Part shown: positions 23,750-37,535 of the stretch, in pieces
Position numbering within the stretch: the stretch's first letter is position 1
Layout of the letters: each line of letters starts with the position of its first letter
Source: Malacoraja senta
Taxonomy: Eukaryota
DNA length: 64,000 nt
Reading direction: 5' to 3'
NCBI GenBank assembly: GCA_038087875.1
Contig: CM075980.1
Location: 9,362,001 to 9,426,000 of the forward strand
The notes under the pieces: generated by a model
What the model was told of the DNA's origin: nothing
What the model saw: only the letters and a program-made list of their open reading frames with translations
The model's database searches: none
Program-made: the position numbers and the translations under genes

Positions 23750-25476
23750 AATAAAAACAATAATGTCCGATGATGCCAGTGTATATAAACTGGCATTTAG
23801 TGAAACGTCGTTATATTTCAAATAAACTGCGTTTTCATGATTGATGATGATCCATGTGTTAGGACAGCTGAAGGGACTGCTTGCAAGTACCCCCCGATTG
23901 AAGAAATTAGGTGCAAATCCGTGTCTCCTATTTTGGATATCCCAGAAATACGGAAGGACAGTCTTGGCATTACGCTAATATGCTTAAATGACCCAAATGT
24001 CTCTAATCGATCCGCACAAAATATCACAATATATCAGTTTATTCCATGAAAACGCGATGAAAAGTGTGGTTTGACGAATTCGTAAACCGCGGCATTACCG
24101 TGGTCTTAAGTCAGCTCAACATTAATCACCAGAAGTGGTCATATATTTAAACAGTATAACGAGAGGAATAAAGTTCAGGCTCGGCGGGGTGAGCGCTAGA
24201 CTCACCTTGAAGGGGGGCTTCGCGCCAACAATTAACCGAAGTAAAAGTAGTTACTTCGCGATTCCCAGAAATGGGATAAACAGCTTTCGGGATATGGCAA
24301 CTGCTTGGATGTTCTTCTCTGGGAATTAAAAAAATGTTTAACAGGAGGAATAAATTGGGAGAATTTATGTACTGTGGCTGGGGAAAATCTGCTTCCGATG
24401 TGGGTAAGTCCTATCTGGAGAGACCCTCCAGTATGATGTCAATTTCCAGTAGGAAAATAACAGGTTAGGGACGTGTGCTGTCTATTTTCACCCCATCCCT
24501 TCCTCCACGGTTATCATTCACTCCCCTTCCCCCTTATTTTATGGCTGATTTCACTTCTTGTTCCCTTTTCACCCCCAGCCTTTGCCAAGTAAATCCCACC
24601 GCCATCTGCTAATCAATCCCCTCTCACATGTATCCACCTATCACTTGGCAGGCTGTATCACACCTCATATCTATTTTCCAGCTTTCTCCCCTCTGTTCCA
24701 ATTAGTCTGCAGAAGGTTCTCAACCTGAAATGATGCCTCGCCATTCTAATCAGATGTTGCCTGACCCGGCGAGTCATGTAGAGTCCAATGGCGAAGTCTT
24801 GTTTTGCTGGATTTGTCCGGTATTATGATTACCTCTCTGATCGAATTTACCTCTTCAATCCACTTCTTGTCAGAAAAAACATAATCTCGGAGGCCCCATT
24901 AATTAAATAGAGAGCCGAGATTAGAAAGTGAGAGTAGAAAGAAAAGTAACGTTTTATCCTTACATATATACTATTTTCATTTTCTTGAATCAGCTTTTTC
25001 AACGATATAATAAATTTACTAAATGTGATTTTTTTTAAAGAGACAAATCTCGTATTTTATAGTTTTCCAGCCGCTTGTAAAATTGAAGTAATTAGGTGGG
25101 GAAAGCCTCAAAGTTAGTGACAGAAGGAGAAACTCCGTCCTCAGCATTCCCCTCTCTTGTTCCAGGGCCAAGGCTTGATTGCTGGCTTGCATGAAGCCGA
25201 CAACTCCTGGGGCCTTGTGGCTACCTTCCGCATCCGAAGCAGGCAAATGTGGACGGACGGCGGACCACATCTGGAACAATTCGCATGATATCCGATTACA
25301 ATTCGATACCCAACATTCTCACAATTCCACTTGTGAAGCTCACTACGTATATTTATCAGTTAATGCAAAAGTAGTTACAAAGCCATAATTGACCGATATT
25401 TCCCACCATGGCCAAGGTACATTATGATTCGTTCTTCACTAAAGGCTGGAGCTACGAACGTTTCCAAACAACGGAG

Positions 25477-26200
25477 AGGGGACATTGGCCCAGCGCTGGA
25501 GTTGCTGCCTCACAGCGCCAGGGACCCGGGTTCAATCCCGACTATGGCTGCTGTCTGTATGCAATTTGTACATTCTCCCCAGAGCCGCGTGGGATTTATC
25601 TGGGTGCTCCGGTTTCCTCCCACGTTCCACAGACGTACAGATATTTTTAGACTAATTGCCTTCTGTAAATTGTCCCTATTGGATGGATATACTGTATGGG
25701 CTGATTGCTGGTCGGTGTTGACTCGATTAGCCGAAGGGCCTGTTTCCACGCTGTACTGAAGTAAACTAAACACTTCCGTCCACGAACTTACTGGATTGGA
25801 ATGCTCGTCCGTTTCTTCACTTCCTAGTTCAGTTGCAAAAATAAGACAAAGTGTCTTATTTGTCCCGACAACTGTGCCCCCCCCCTCCCCCATCAACCCC
25901 TGAAGCTCCCAGGGATCTATTCTTGGTCCCACCAATTCACATCATACCAATTCATGGGCGGGCACGGTGCCGCAGCGATAGAGTTGTTGCGTGACAGCGC
26001 TTACAGCGTCAGAGCCACGGGTTCGATCTCGGCTACAGGAGCTTCTCTGTACGGAGTTTGTACGTTCACACCGTGACCTGCGTGGGGTTTCTCCGAGAAC
26101 TTCGGTTTCCTCCCACACTCCAAAGGATAGTGTTAATGTGCGGGGATGTGGACTCGGTGGGCTGACTGGCCTGATTCCGCTATATTTCTAAACTAAACGA
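25477..26200 (+). mobile_element. Two V-SINEs (unit 2 copies of 6674-7415)
   Basis: Colinear copies of the unit 1 SINEs. Confidence 0.7.
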
Positions 26201-26384
26201 ATGCCTTTGAAACAGGCTGTCGCTTTACAGTCCAACCTCATCATACCCTTCTCCCAACCCATTCAATGCCAGAGCTTGTACTAGACTTTGTTGAACATAA
26301 CAAAGTCTCTGACAGATCAGAGCAGTAATTCCACAAACATTTGCATGTAAACAGAAAACCCTTTTATTTATTCCCCATCTGAAC

Positions 26385-27350
26385 CGTAATGCCACGATTA
26401 AACACGGATATCGCCAAAACGACGCAGGTCGGTGGACTCATCGATCGTGTTCCACTCGCGGAGACATGAGTTCCCTGGGCCTCATCTGTTACCCCACCAG
26501 CCTCTGCATCCAACACATAATTCACAGACATTTTCGTCACCTCCCAACGTGATCCCACCACTAAGCACATCTTCCAATCTCCAACCTTTTCCGCATTCCG
26601 CAGAGACCATTCCCTCCGCAACTCCTTGGTTCACTCATCGCTTTCCACTGAAGCAAATGTCCTTATTCCTCCACCCTCAGCTCCACCCAGCGACCTCGGC
26701 AGTGAGATTCACATGCACCTCCTCTAACCTTCTCTCCTCGATCTGGTGTTCCGGATGTGGGCTACTGAACATCGGCTAGACCAAGCGTAGACTCGGCCAC
26801 CGTTTAACTGAACTTGCGAATGGCTACTAGATCTCCCGATGGCTAGCCCATTTAACACTCCCCCCCTTCCCATTACACGGACCTTTCCGGCCTGAGCCTC
26901 CTCCATTGTCAGAGCGTGTGTACACGTACATTGGAGGAATAGCAACACATTTCGCTCGGGTAGCTGATTGGTCACCTATCCTCACAGATTGTGGTCCGTT
27001 GGTCAGGAGGGTACTGATTCCGTTCCAATAGTTTGGAGATGAGCTTGCTTAGATAATGGTATTGAAAGCAGGGCTCTGGTCTATGAATAGGAGTCTGATG
27101 TAGGTGCTCGTCTCGTCCAGATGTTCTAGGGACAAGTGTAGGTACCAGAGAGATGGCATCAGTAGTGGACCTGTTGTGGTAGTAGGTGAACTGCTGTAGA
27201 TCAAGGCTGCTTGGTAGGCTGAATCTAGCTGCTCTAGAAGCAATTCGTAATGGTGGATGTCAAGACATCTGGACGGTAGTTATTAAGGCATGAGATCTCG
27301 ATGTTGTTTGGCATCGAGGAGATAGTGGTTTTCTTGATGCATGTCGGTAC
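26385..27350. mobile_element. Penelope-like (+) and Rex1-like (-) fragments, unit 2 copies
   Basis: Colinear with 7590-8560. Confidence 0.6.
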
Positions 27351-29818
27351 CTCAGAATTAATTCCCGGTCTACAACTAGACCAGTCCCGTTCACCAGAAA
27401 GAGCAAAATATATGATTTTTCGATGATCTACATTGATATCCTACACCCAGTAGCAAGTCGAACATATCCATGCTTTGACCCCATTTTCCTTTCCCCCGCG
27501 AGGCTTCGTTTGCGTTTGATGGGCGACGAGTATTTTGGAAATACTGGTCAGCGTTTAGTGTTTCATCAACGCAGTATTCGTCACCCTCCATACGAGCTTG
27601 GATATTTGGCCCAGCAAGCTCCTGCCATCACATCTTCGCGGCGCCACTTGGTTTATTTACACTCAGAAATGACAAGGAACAATAATCTTGCTGATAGTCC
27701 CTCCCCACGAACCCCTATTCGCCAACGACATCTCTTCCCTACTCTAGAACCATTGGTGCTGGCCAGTGGCAGATCCGTCGATGGTTCTTTCCTGAGATCC
27801 TTAAACTCATCCCGTTGTTCAATGGCTTTAATGTTCACATCAATGGTAGGCTCTTCTGCGTTCCGGCTGTATTTGGTGAGATTATGTTGGTTCTGGTACA
27901 GTGAAATTGCAATGCAGTTTGTGGAAGTAGGTTGGCCAGACCAGGCATTAAGGACAATTGACATGTTAAAATTGTTCCACTTCCAACGGTGTCAGATGGT
28001 GTAACCTGAATCCAATGAATTCCAATGGTGTAACCTGAATACAATAATCCACATTTTTAAATGACCTTTAAAATAAATAAATTTGAAATATATGTATAAA
28101 ACTGCAACAGTTTCAGAAGGAAATGTCACTTCCTAATAAAACAAAAGAGCAGGGGTCTAAAATTTGGTCAACAGAGATGGCTTTTGAGGTCAGCTACAAG
28201 GAGGAGTGCAAAGTAGTGAAATGAAGATATGTTTTTGTGAACTTCCAGAGATTTGGGATTTGCCAGGTGAAGACTGACGCCAATAATAAAAATAGTTAAA
28301 GCCAGGGCTGCTTTTAGGTCCAGAATTTGAGACCTCCTGGTCTTTCCAGTTGATATATTCTTTGTGTCTGATCAGCTATTTATTAAAAATGTTCCTCCTA
28401 TTGAGGTAGTTAGTCTGGTGAAATGAATAATGGGGTTTTCAATGAAATTCGGCGAGAATCAAAATATAGAACTACATCTTTTAAAGGTGCCTCGACTGCA
28501 AGCTACTGTGATATATATTGAATTGCATTGCTGTACTTTTGTTCTGCAATTTGGTTGTCTTCCGGAAGAAAACCCAGAGGGAAATATCTCTTATTCCCGG
28601 TTAGACTTAATTTCACAGAAGAAATGGTAGTACAAGTCTCGCATAATATTACGTAAATAAATGATTGGAAAGTTTATGAAATTGCATTTATTTGAATGCA
28701 TATCATTCGTAAATAACAATATAATTGGGAACAATTCCTATGCTTATATGATCACAAGTGGATGGATCTCAGTTCACAACCGTTGGTTCTTGATTCTCCT
28801 ACACTGGGTAAAAGAGTAGAGGACGAAAGTTTAAGGTGAGAGGGGAATGATTTAATAGTAACCTGAGGGGCAACATTTTCGCACAGAGGTTGGTGAGTAT
28901 ATGGAACGAGCTGCCACAAGAGGTAGTTCAAACAGGTACTATAACAACGTTTAAAAAAACATTTGGCCAGGTACATTGATAGGAAAGGTTTAGAGGGATA
29001 CGGGCCAAACGCGGGCAGGTGGGACTCGTTGGGCCGAAGGGCTGTTTCCCTACTGAATAACTCCAAGTGATACATGCTTACAGCGGATCTGCAGAAATCA
29101 TCGGGACCTGTACAAAAAGAAGCCCAGTTGGAAGAGGAATGCGGGTGCTGTTGAGCAGGAGCACTCATCTCTGTATCTTAAAATAAAGTTGTCTGGCCGC
29201 TCACAATAACCCAAGATGTAGCTTCGAGTAAATTTTCATCCTGCATGATGTTGCGCAGCTTCGACGATGTTCTGTGGTCCCTGCCGTTATCTTGCTCATA
29301 GATGCTGAATCAATTCAAAAATAGGGACATCATCTGCAGCACCTTTGGGATATTTACAGTTCTTGTAATTTATGGGGAGGCAAATGCAAACTGGTTGATG
29401 TGAAAATACTGGTATTGCCCAAATGTTCGTCTCTGTGCCGTACAGTCTTGCAACAGTAGATGGCGGCATTGCATCCGTTATGAAATAATGTTCATTTATT
29501 GCGGAGATAGGACAAATGGTCAATTTATCACTGTAGCAAAATTACGATAATGTGCTCGCCCATAAACACATCTAATGTCTACTCATTTAGCGATTATGGG
29601 TGTGGTTGCGAATATACTAAGTGAGGAGCGGCTTTAACTTTTGACACATGACAGTAAAAAAGACGGAGGAAATAAACTTACTGAATGCTCAAATGCACGT
29701 GGAGAAACAAACACACTATATTTTTCCTCGTAAGTGCAATTCATAGTGACATAGTCTTAAAAAAAGAGTTCGGACAAACAACATACAAGCAACTCGCTCT
29801 GGGTATAGGATTTAATAG

Positions 29819-30549
29819 GCTGGGTGAGTGGGCAAATGCATGGCAGATGCAGTATCATCTGGATAAATGTGAGGTTATCCACTTTGGTGGCAAAAACAGG
29901 AAAGTAGACTATTATCTAAATGGTGGCCGATTAGGAAAAGGGGAGATGCAACGAGACCTGGGTGTCATGGTACACCAGTCATTGAAAGTAGGCATGCAGG
30001 TGCAGCAGGCAGTGAAGAAAGCGAATGGTATGATAGCATCCATAGCAAAATGATTTGAGTATAGGAGCAGAGAGGTTCTACTGCAGTTGTACAGGGTCTT
30101 GGTGAGACTACACCGGGAGTATTACGTACAGTTTTGGTCTCCAAATCTGAGGAAAGACATTCTTGCCATAGAGGGAGTACAGAGAAGGTTCACCAGACTA
30201 ATTCCTGGGAAGTCAGGACTTTCATATGAAGAAAGACTGGATAGACTCGGCTTGTACTCGCTAGAATTTAGAAGATTGAGGGGGGATCTTATAGAAACTT
30301 AAAAAATTCTTAAGGGCTGGGCAGACTAGATGCAGGAACTCTCTGCCACAGAAGGTAGTTGAGGCCATTGGCTGTATTTAAGAGGGAGTTAGATGTGGCC
30401 CTTGTGGCTAAAGGGATCAGGGGGTACGGAGAGAAGGCAGGTACAGGATACTGAGTTGGATGATCAGCCATGATCATATTGAATGGCGGTGCAGGCTCGA
30501 AGGGCCGAATGGCCTACACCTGCACCTATTTTCTATGTTTCTATGTTTC
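29819..30549 (+). mobile_element. CR1 with TAATAG TSD, unit 2 copy with internal deletions
   Basis: TSD at 29813-29818 and 30550-30555; about 120 bp shorter than the unit 1 copy. Confidence 0.85.
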
Positions 30550-32589
30550 TAATAGAAATCTACCGCGTGGGCAGAAGATACTGATGCAGTCTCCGATTAT
30601 AACGGTAGATGGCGGTGCAGTACCATACTTCTGTGCTGAAGCTCAACACGCCAATTCTGAAATGGGTCAACCGCAATATTATGTGTCTGAGCTCACGTAT
30701 AGACCAGACCAGCAATAATTGGATTATTTTCCCCTTGAAGGATATATTTGGGATCCAGTTGTTTTGTAATAATCAATCAAACACCGTGATGTTTCTTTTG
30801 AAAGATTCTAGACACTTAACAGAATATAGATTCCACATGTTCTCTTTTGAAAGGCCTCTGCGTTCGTAATGATGTGATTTCGGTTTGATACCATTGCTTA
30901 TCTGCACTTCCTTCACCTTTGCAGGGAGAAATTTTACGGAATCTTTCACTGGATATAAATATTCTCCTTTCACGGTTTTCTGATTCTGCTACGGTATAAC
31001 CAGCTTGAGAGCTAACCTCTCCGGTTACTCAATACTATGTTCTTTGCAACCCAACATATATCACAGGTTTTGCTCACTACTCTCGCGATGTATCTTTTTA
31101 CCTTGCCAGATGTGTGCTCATGAACCTAAAGTCCCTCTGTTCCTGCGCACTATCAACTACATTGCCCCCCCCCCCGCCTTCCATACACGAGGCAAAATTT
31201 CCTAGCTCATACTTCTCTGTGAGAGATTTCATCCATCATTCATCTGCTCATTCTCGTGTCATATTTAAATTTGAAGTGCACGCTGAGTACTCCTCTCTCT
31301 CTCCTGCTTGTAAGCCGCTATTCTATCACGATTGTCGATGTGAATATATTGCTGTCGGTAGAGAACTCAACTAGGTATGGGGATAGAGGAGAATGAAATA
31401 ATTGGCCAAAATGTTCGTGCATACTGAATGTGAATAATAAGAATGTTACCTTATATATCTCCGGGAGAGCCTTTAATTCTCCCCCCCCCCCCCCCCCCCC
31501 CGACAAACATGAAGACAGTTGCAAACAGGATTTTGTACATTTGATTGTGTTTGCTTTATCTATGACTTGCCCAAAATCGAAGCTCTGGACAATGCAGAGT
31601 GGTTGCTTTGAATTTATTGTTGCTATTCTCCATTACATAGTTTATTGTATTTGATCGACCTGTTCGGCAAATTCTGAGTAATTGTGGGTCTGGAGTCACA
31701 TACATTTTAGACTTTTCCTTCTTAAAGTAACTGAAATCACTTTTAATTACAACCCAATAGCGTCATGCTTGCGTTACCAATTCCAGATTTTAATTTCAGA
31801 TTTACTTTAACTCTGATATCAACGCCAAATCACAGAATTATATTGAATTCAGTTATCTCCAATTGAGCTGAATATCAAAAAGACTACAGGTAAGATACGT
31901 GATTCATTAATTCAAAGAATATTAATGTTTGTTTTGCGTCTTATTCTATCACGAATGGACAATAATGGCGTTCCACGTTGGACTGGGGAGAAGAACACGA
32001 AATATACATGAATATCATTCTCCACTTCCATTAGTGACATTACTTCAGACCTCCATGAGCTGCATTTGCCATCTACATCCACCATTCAGATGTCCGCACT
32101 CACCAAGCTTATTTCTTCAGATCTGGCCTGGCAGCTGTCTCCAGCTTTCTGCAAGGAGACCCTGAACGCGGGCTCGGACTGGGGTGAGTAGGTCTGAGAG
32201 AGCCGCGGCAACGGACTTGCCCTTGAGACAGGCAGGATACATCCATCCCCAGGTTTCCATGTCCTCTAGAGATGCTGCACGACCCGCTGAGATTCTCCAG
32301 CACATTGTGTTTTTTTTTAAATCAGCAGCTGAAGTTCTCAGTACCCCCCAAGGTTTCCATCTATAAATTTGCCAAGGTGTTTGGTTCTGAATATCAATGA
32401 ATGTCATAAAGATAAAAAATACGACGGCATGAGATGAACGCTAGCTATTCTCTTAAAAGAAACAAACAGAAAATCAAATTACATCTCATTTAACACTGAG
32501 AACTCTTGCTTGCAGAAACATCGCAGGCACGTCGACTGAGACAAAAAAAACCCCACAGGAACAAATTATACATCAATTATACATAAAAA

Positions 32590-33300
32590 TCTGAAAGAAA
32601 CAAACAAGATTGCGTCCTAAAACATAATAATATAAAACATGTCGATAGTGTGCAAGGAATGGGGCATGGTGTCCCTTTGTTGAGGCAAGATTAGGGTTAT
32701 GTAGGTCCTTCCAAAAACTGGATAGTTGTAGGCAAGTAACTGTTCTTGAACCGGGTGGTGTACTTTCTGTAGTAGATCTGTAAATGTTTGTTGGAGTATT
32801 TGGAGACATAAAGTATTTCTTTAAAATTCTTTGAAAGTAGAAGCATTGGCGCTCCTTCGTGGATGCATTTGCTTGCTGGGCCCGAGACGACATCCACGAT
32901 GTTAATGCCGTGAATTTAAAGCTAATAACTCTCTCCACCACTGCTCCACCAAAAACAAACTGGCCTGAGGTCCCCGGACTTCCTCTTTCTGAAGTCAGCG
33001 ACCACTTCGGTCTTGTTGCTTTGGAGCGAAAGGTTGTTGTTCTGACACCACTCAACCAAGTGTTCCGTCTCTCTTTATGTTCACGCAGCACCATCAGTGA
33101 TTCATCCAAACAGAATGGTATTGGGGGTGGATCAATAGATGACTTTGGAGCTGTGGGTGTAAAGGAAGTAGCCATGGGTGTAAAGGAAGTAGAACAGGGT
33201 GCAAAGCACGCAGCCTTGAGATGGTCAATGGGGAGGAGATGATGGTCAATGGGGAGGAGATGATGTTCCCCATCCGCACTCGGTCACTTGAAGCTAATTC
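32590..33300 (-). mobile_element. Rex1-like fragment, unit 2 copy
   Basis: Colinear with 13990-14700. Confidence 0.6.
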
Positions 33301-34334
33301 ACCAAACAGTAAAATGGAGACTAATCTGATTGTAACCTCTGATGTGCGGTCCCATCCACCTCTGTAACATATCACTACCCACCTTGTTTATTAGGAATAT
33401 TTATACCTTTGAAAAATAATAAAGACTGCTTCTAGCACATTTTCAGAAACGTAATTGATGAGGCTTTCTCCATTCTGATAGAAATGTTTGTTTCTTCACT
33501 TTTGAAGTAGGCATTTATTTTTGTGTAACCGGTGACGTTTAGTTTTAGATTACCCCAGACGAATTGTCCTCGCCCTTCACATGCTGTTAAGACCCCGCAT
33601 GATCACCTGTGCTTCAATTAAAGCACCTCTCACGCTTCTAACCGTTGAGCAATTCCTCATAAAACAACTCACTCGTTGCAGATATGGGTCCACTAGTAAT
33701 CATTTTCTAAATTGCTTCAACCGCATTTACATTTCAATACTCTGCTCGATTCTGCGATAAAGTTTAAGTGAAGCACTATCAACCTCTCTCTTTTGCATTC
33801 GTTTTTTCTGGCGTAAGATGCTAACACTGTTACCTTTCATAGGTAGTTGTTGTACCTCATTCCAGCCTGTTGCGAATCCTACCAGGGAACCGAAATAATT
33901 CTGCATCTCAAAACACTGCAAGCTGTCATAATGTAAATAAGAAGGGTCTCGACCCGAAACGTCACCTATTCCTTCTCTCCAGAGATGCTGCCTGTCCCGC
34001 TGAGTTACTCCAGTCTTTTGTGTCTATATTGTAAAGAACTTTATTTTATATCATTTACCCTTCCAAAATTGACATTTCACATGTTCCCACGTCGTGGCAT
34101 TTGCCCATTCATTGGAACTGTCGCCTTGTTTGGTTCTTCATGTCATTAGCAAATTCAACAGCCAGACATTTTTCAGCCGTGTGTATACATTTTTGGAAAT
34201 TGGGGCTCCAGCACTGATCTATGAGGCACATAAGTTTTTGCATCTTTCCAACCAGAAATTAGCCTGTTTAGGCGTTTTCTATATTTCCAACTGATCGCCC
34301 AATGTTCTGTTCTTCCGATGACCATAAACATCAG

Positions 34335-36260
34335 GACTCTTGGGAAATAGGAGCAGGAGTAGGCCATTCGGTCCTTCGAGCAGCACCTCCATTCAATATG
34401 ATCATGGCTGATCATCCAAAATCAGTACCCCGTACCTGCTTTCTCCCACATCCCTTAATTCCGTCAGCCCTAAAAGCTATATCTAACTCTCTCTTGAACA
34501 TATCCAGTGAATTGGCCTTCACTGCCTTCAGTGGCAGAGAATACAACAGATTCACAACTCTCTGGGTAAAAATGTGTTTCCGCATCTCAGTCCTAAATGC
34601 CCTACCACTTATTTTTAAACGGCGACCCCTGGTTCTTGACTCCCCTAACATCGGGCATATGTTACCTGCATCTAACGCATCCAATCCCTTAAGAATGTTA
34701 TATCTTTCTATAAGAACCCCTCTCAGCCTTCCGAATTCCAGTGCATATAAGCCCAGTCAATCATTTGTCAGTTCCACCATACCGGGAATTAATCTGGTGA
34801 ACCTACGTTGCACTCCCTCAATAGCAAGAATGTCCTTCTTCAAATTAGGCAACTAAAACGGCACACATTTCTCCAGGTGTGGTCTCACCAGGGCCCTGCA
34901 GTAGGTCCACCTTTCTCCAATACTCAAATCCTCTCGCTATGAAGGCCAACATGCAATTTGCTTTCTTCACTGCCTGCTGTACCTGCATGCTTTCTTTCAG
35001 TGACTGATGTTCAAGGACACCCAGGTCTCGTTGCACCTCCCCTTTCCCTAATCTGACACCATTGAGATAATAATCTGACCTTGTTTTTGCCACCAAAGTG
35101 GATAACCTCATATTTATCCACACAATACTGCATCTGCCATGCATCTGCCCACTCACCCATCTTGTGCGTCACCCTGCAGCCTCATAGCATCTTCCTCGCA
35201 GCTCACACTGCCACCTAGCTTTGTGTGATCCGCAAACTTGGAGATGTTACATTTAATTCCTTCATCATCGTCAATATATATTGTAAATAACCGAGGTCCC
35301 ATCACTGAGTCTTGTGGCACTCCACTAGTCACTGCCTGCCATTCTGAAAATAACCCACTAATTCCTACTCTTTGCTTCCTGTCTGCCATACAGTTCTCCA
35401 TCCGTCAATACCCTACCCGCAATATTACCGTATTATTTACCATATCAACCTTTGATTCATCTCCTTAACAAATGCCTGCTCGAAATTATATCTGCCTGGC
35501 ATGGTACTTCTTCAAAGCCTTCCGTTAAGTTGGTGAAACATCGTTCATGAATTCATAGATTGTAGGAGGAGAATTTGGCTATTCGGCCCATCAATTCTAC
35601 CCCACCATTCTATCACGCTTGATTTATCTTTTCTTCTCAACCCCATTCTCCTGACTTCTTCTCATAACCCTTAACATAGTTACTAATCAACAACCACTCA
35701 ATCTCCACCTTAAAAATATCAATTGACTTGGCTTCCACAGCCTTCTGTGGCAATGAATTCCACAGATTCACCACCCTCTCACTAAAGGATTTCCTCCTCA
35801 TCTCCTTTTTAAATGGACGTGCTTTTATTCTGAGGCTTTCAACTCTGGTCCTAGACTCCCCCGCTCGGCGAAACATCCACTCCACATCCACTCTATCCAG
35901 GCCTTCACAATTCGGTTAATTTCAATGAGGTCTCTCCCCTCTCATCTTCAGAAACTATATAGCGAGCACGGATCCAGTGCCGTCAAACGCTCATCACACG
36001 TTAACCCAATTATCCCTGGGATCACCCTCGTAAACCTCCTCTGGACCCTCTCCAATGCCAGCTCATCCTTCCTCAGATTGGAGCCCAAAACTGCTCACAA
36101 CACTCCAAATGCGGTCTGACCAGTGCCTTATAAAGGCTCAGCATTACATCCCTGTTTTTGTATTTTGTTTTTGTGTTCTGGCCCTCTCGAAAGAAATGCT
36201 TTCCTTGCTGCCGACTTGTAAATTAACTTTTGGGAAATCCTGCACCAGCACTCCTGAGCC
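34335..36260 (-). mobile_element. Two CR1 fragments, unit 2 copies
   Basis: Colinear with 15745-17650; same RT motifs. Confidence 0.75.
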
Positions 36261-36889
36261 CCTTTGCTCTCTCTTTATCAACAACATTTTAGCTTTTGCG
36301 AGATAATCTGGATCATTTTGTCAGTACCCTTTATATCGTTTTGGTAACAGCTTCCAATATTTCTCCAGGACAGATGTGCAACCAACTGGCCTGCGGTGGA
36401 CGACTTTCTGTCTCTCTTCCTTTCTGAACGTCCATGGCAGTGTTGAAATAAAAAAAATCAAACCAATGAATTCAGTACTGCAAGGGAATTAATTAAGACT
36501 CTAGAATGAAATACAATACATCTCAACGCCCTGTCAGCCCGATGAAAAATTACCATTTAAATAATCTGCCATCTCCATATTCCCCTTTAATTATACGACT
36601 GCGAATTATTTGTAGGAAAAGGACAAATGTATTATTTTATACTTATTTGGGAGCTTAAGGGGATTAGTGCAAAGTCTGTACAGTCCCATCATTCAACACA
36701 GCTGACCCCTTTTACTCAGTAAATAAGAGCCTGCTCTCACACAACAGTTCCCGTCTGAGTCTCAGAGCTTCTCTCCCCCTCCCCCCGCCGCCGTTGAGAT
36801 CACCGTTGTCTGCTATTCTCCTCCCACTTAAAACATTTTGAATATTTCTTTCTCCCAAAGGGCTGGAGCTGCAGAAATCTCATTTTACA

Positions 36890-37048
36890 CCGAGCCAATA
36901 ATTCAGTGAATCGATGTCACGTGGATAAAGGTTTAGCCTGAATAATTAATAATTAGTGACGCTGGGATGCTGAAGACTTTAAAAGAGAAGCGTCGAAAGG
37001 GCTCAAAACCTCGCTTGTGTAGCAAAATATTCCTTTATCACCTTCGAC
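36890..37048 (+). promoter_or_regulatory. IgL cluster 3 proximal promoter (octamer-like site degenerate)
   Basis: GTTTAGCCT at 36931-36939, as in cluster 2. Confidence 0.5.
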
Positions 37049-37094
37049 ATGGCTGCATGGGTTTGGGTTCTCGCCTTGGTGACCTGTTTCCACT
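37049..37094 (+). CDS. IGL: IgL cluster 3 leader exon
   Basis: ATG at 37049, GTGAGT donor at 37095. Confidence 0.9.
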
Positions 37095-37187
37095 GTGAGT
37101 AGAGCGCAGAATGATTAATACTCTATCGTTTTACAATTGCTGTGTTTTTTCTAATGGTTCTGTATATTTATCTGTTTTTTCTATCAG

Positions 37188-37535
37188 GTATAAACGCGGA
37201 GACTACCTTGACTCAGGTCCCGGCTATATCAACGTCGCCGGGAAAAACGGTCAAAATCACCTGTACCCTGTCAGGGGGCAGCATCGGTAGCTACTACACG
37301 AGCTGGTACTGGCAGAAGCCGGACAGCAGCCCTGTCTTCGTGTGGTATGGAAGCTCCACCAGAGGCACCGGAATTCCAGACAGATTCACGGGTTCCGTGG
37401 ACTCATCCATTAACCAAATGCATTTAACCATCACCAACGTGCAATCGGAGGACGCTGCCGATTATTACTGTGGTGTGAGGCTCACCAGTAACTACAAATT
37501 CACCTTTGGGAGAGGAACCAAACTGAATCTAAGCA
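37188..37535 (+). CDS. IGL: IgL cluster 3 germline-joined VJ exon (CDR3 CGVRLTSNYKFTF)
   Basis: Intact V and J motifs and splice sites. Confidence 0.95.

Larger units (their letters stand above)
18251..36840 (+). repeat. Tandem IgL cluster unit 2
   Basis: Colinear with unit 1; spacer nearly identical; carries a private L1 insertion. Confidence 0.95.

Noticed and set aside
31480-31501. Long poly-C run in unit 2 (C7 in unit 1, T-run in unit 3)
   Set aside because: Homopolymer slippage or a sequencing artefact; no functional context.
18251-36840. Unit 2 as a false (haplotype) duplication of unit 1
   Set aside because: Provisionally rejected: distinct TSD-flanked private insertions, a different CDR3 and a 5' half closer to unit 3 fit a real duplication. 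Read depth is still needed.
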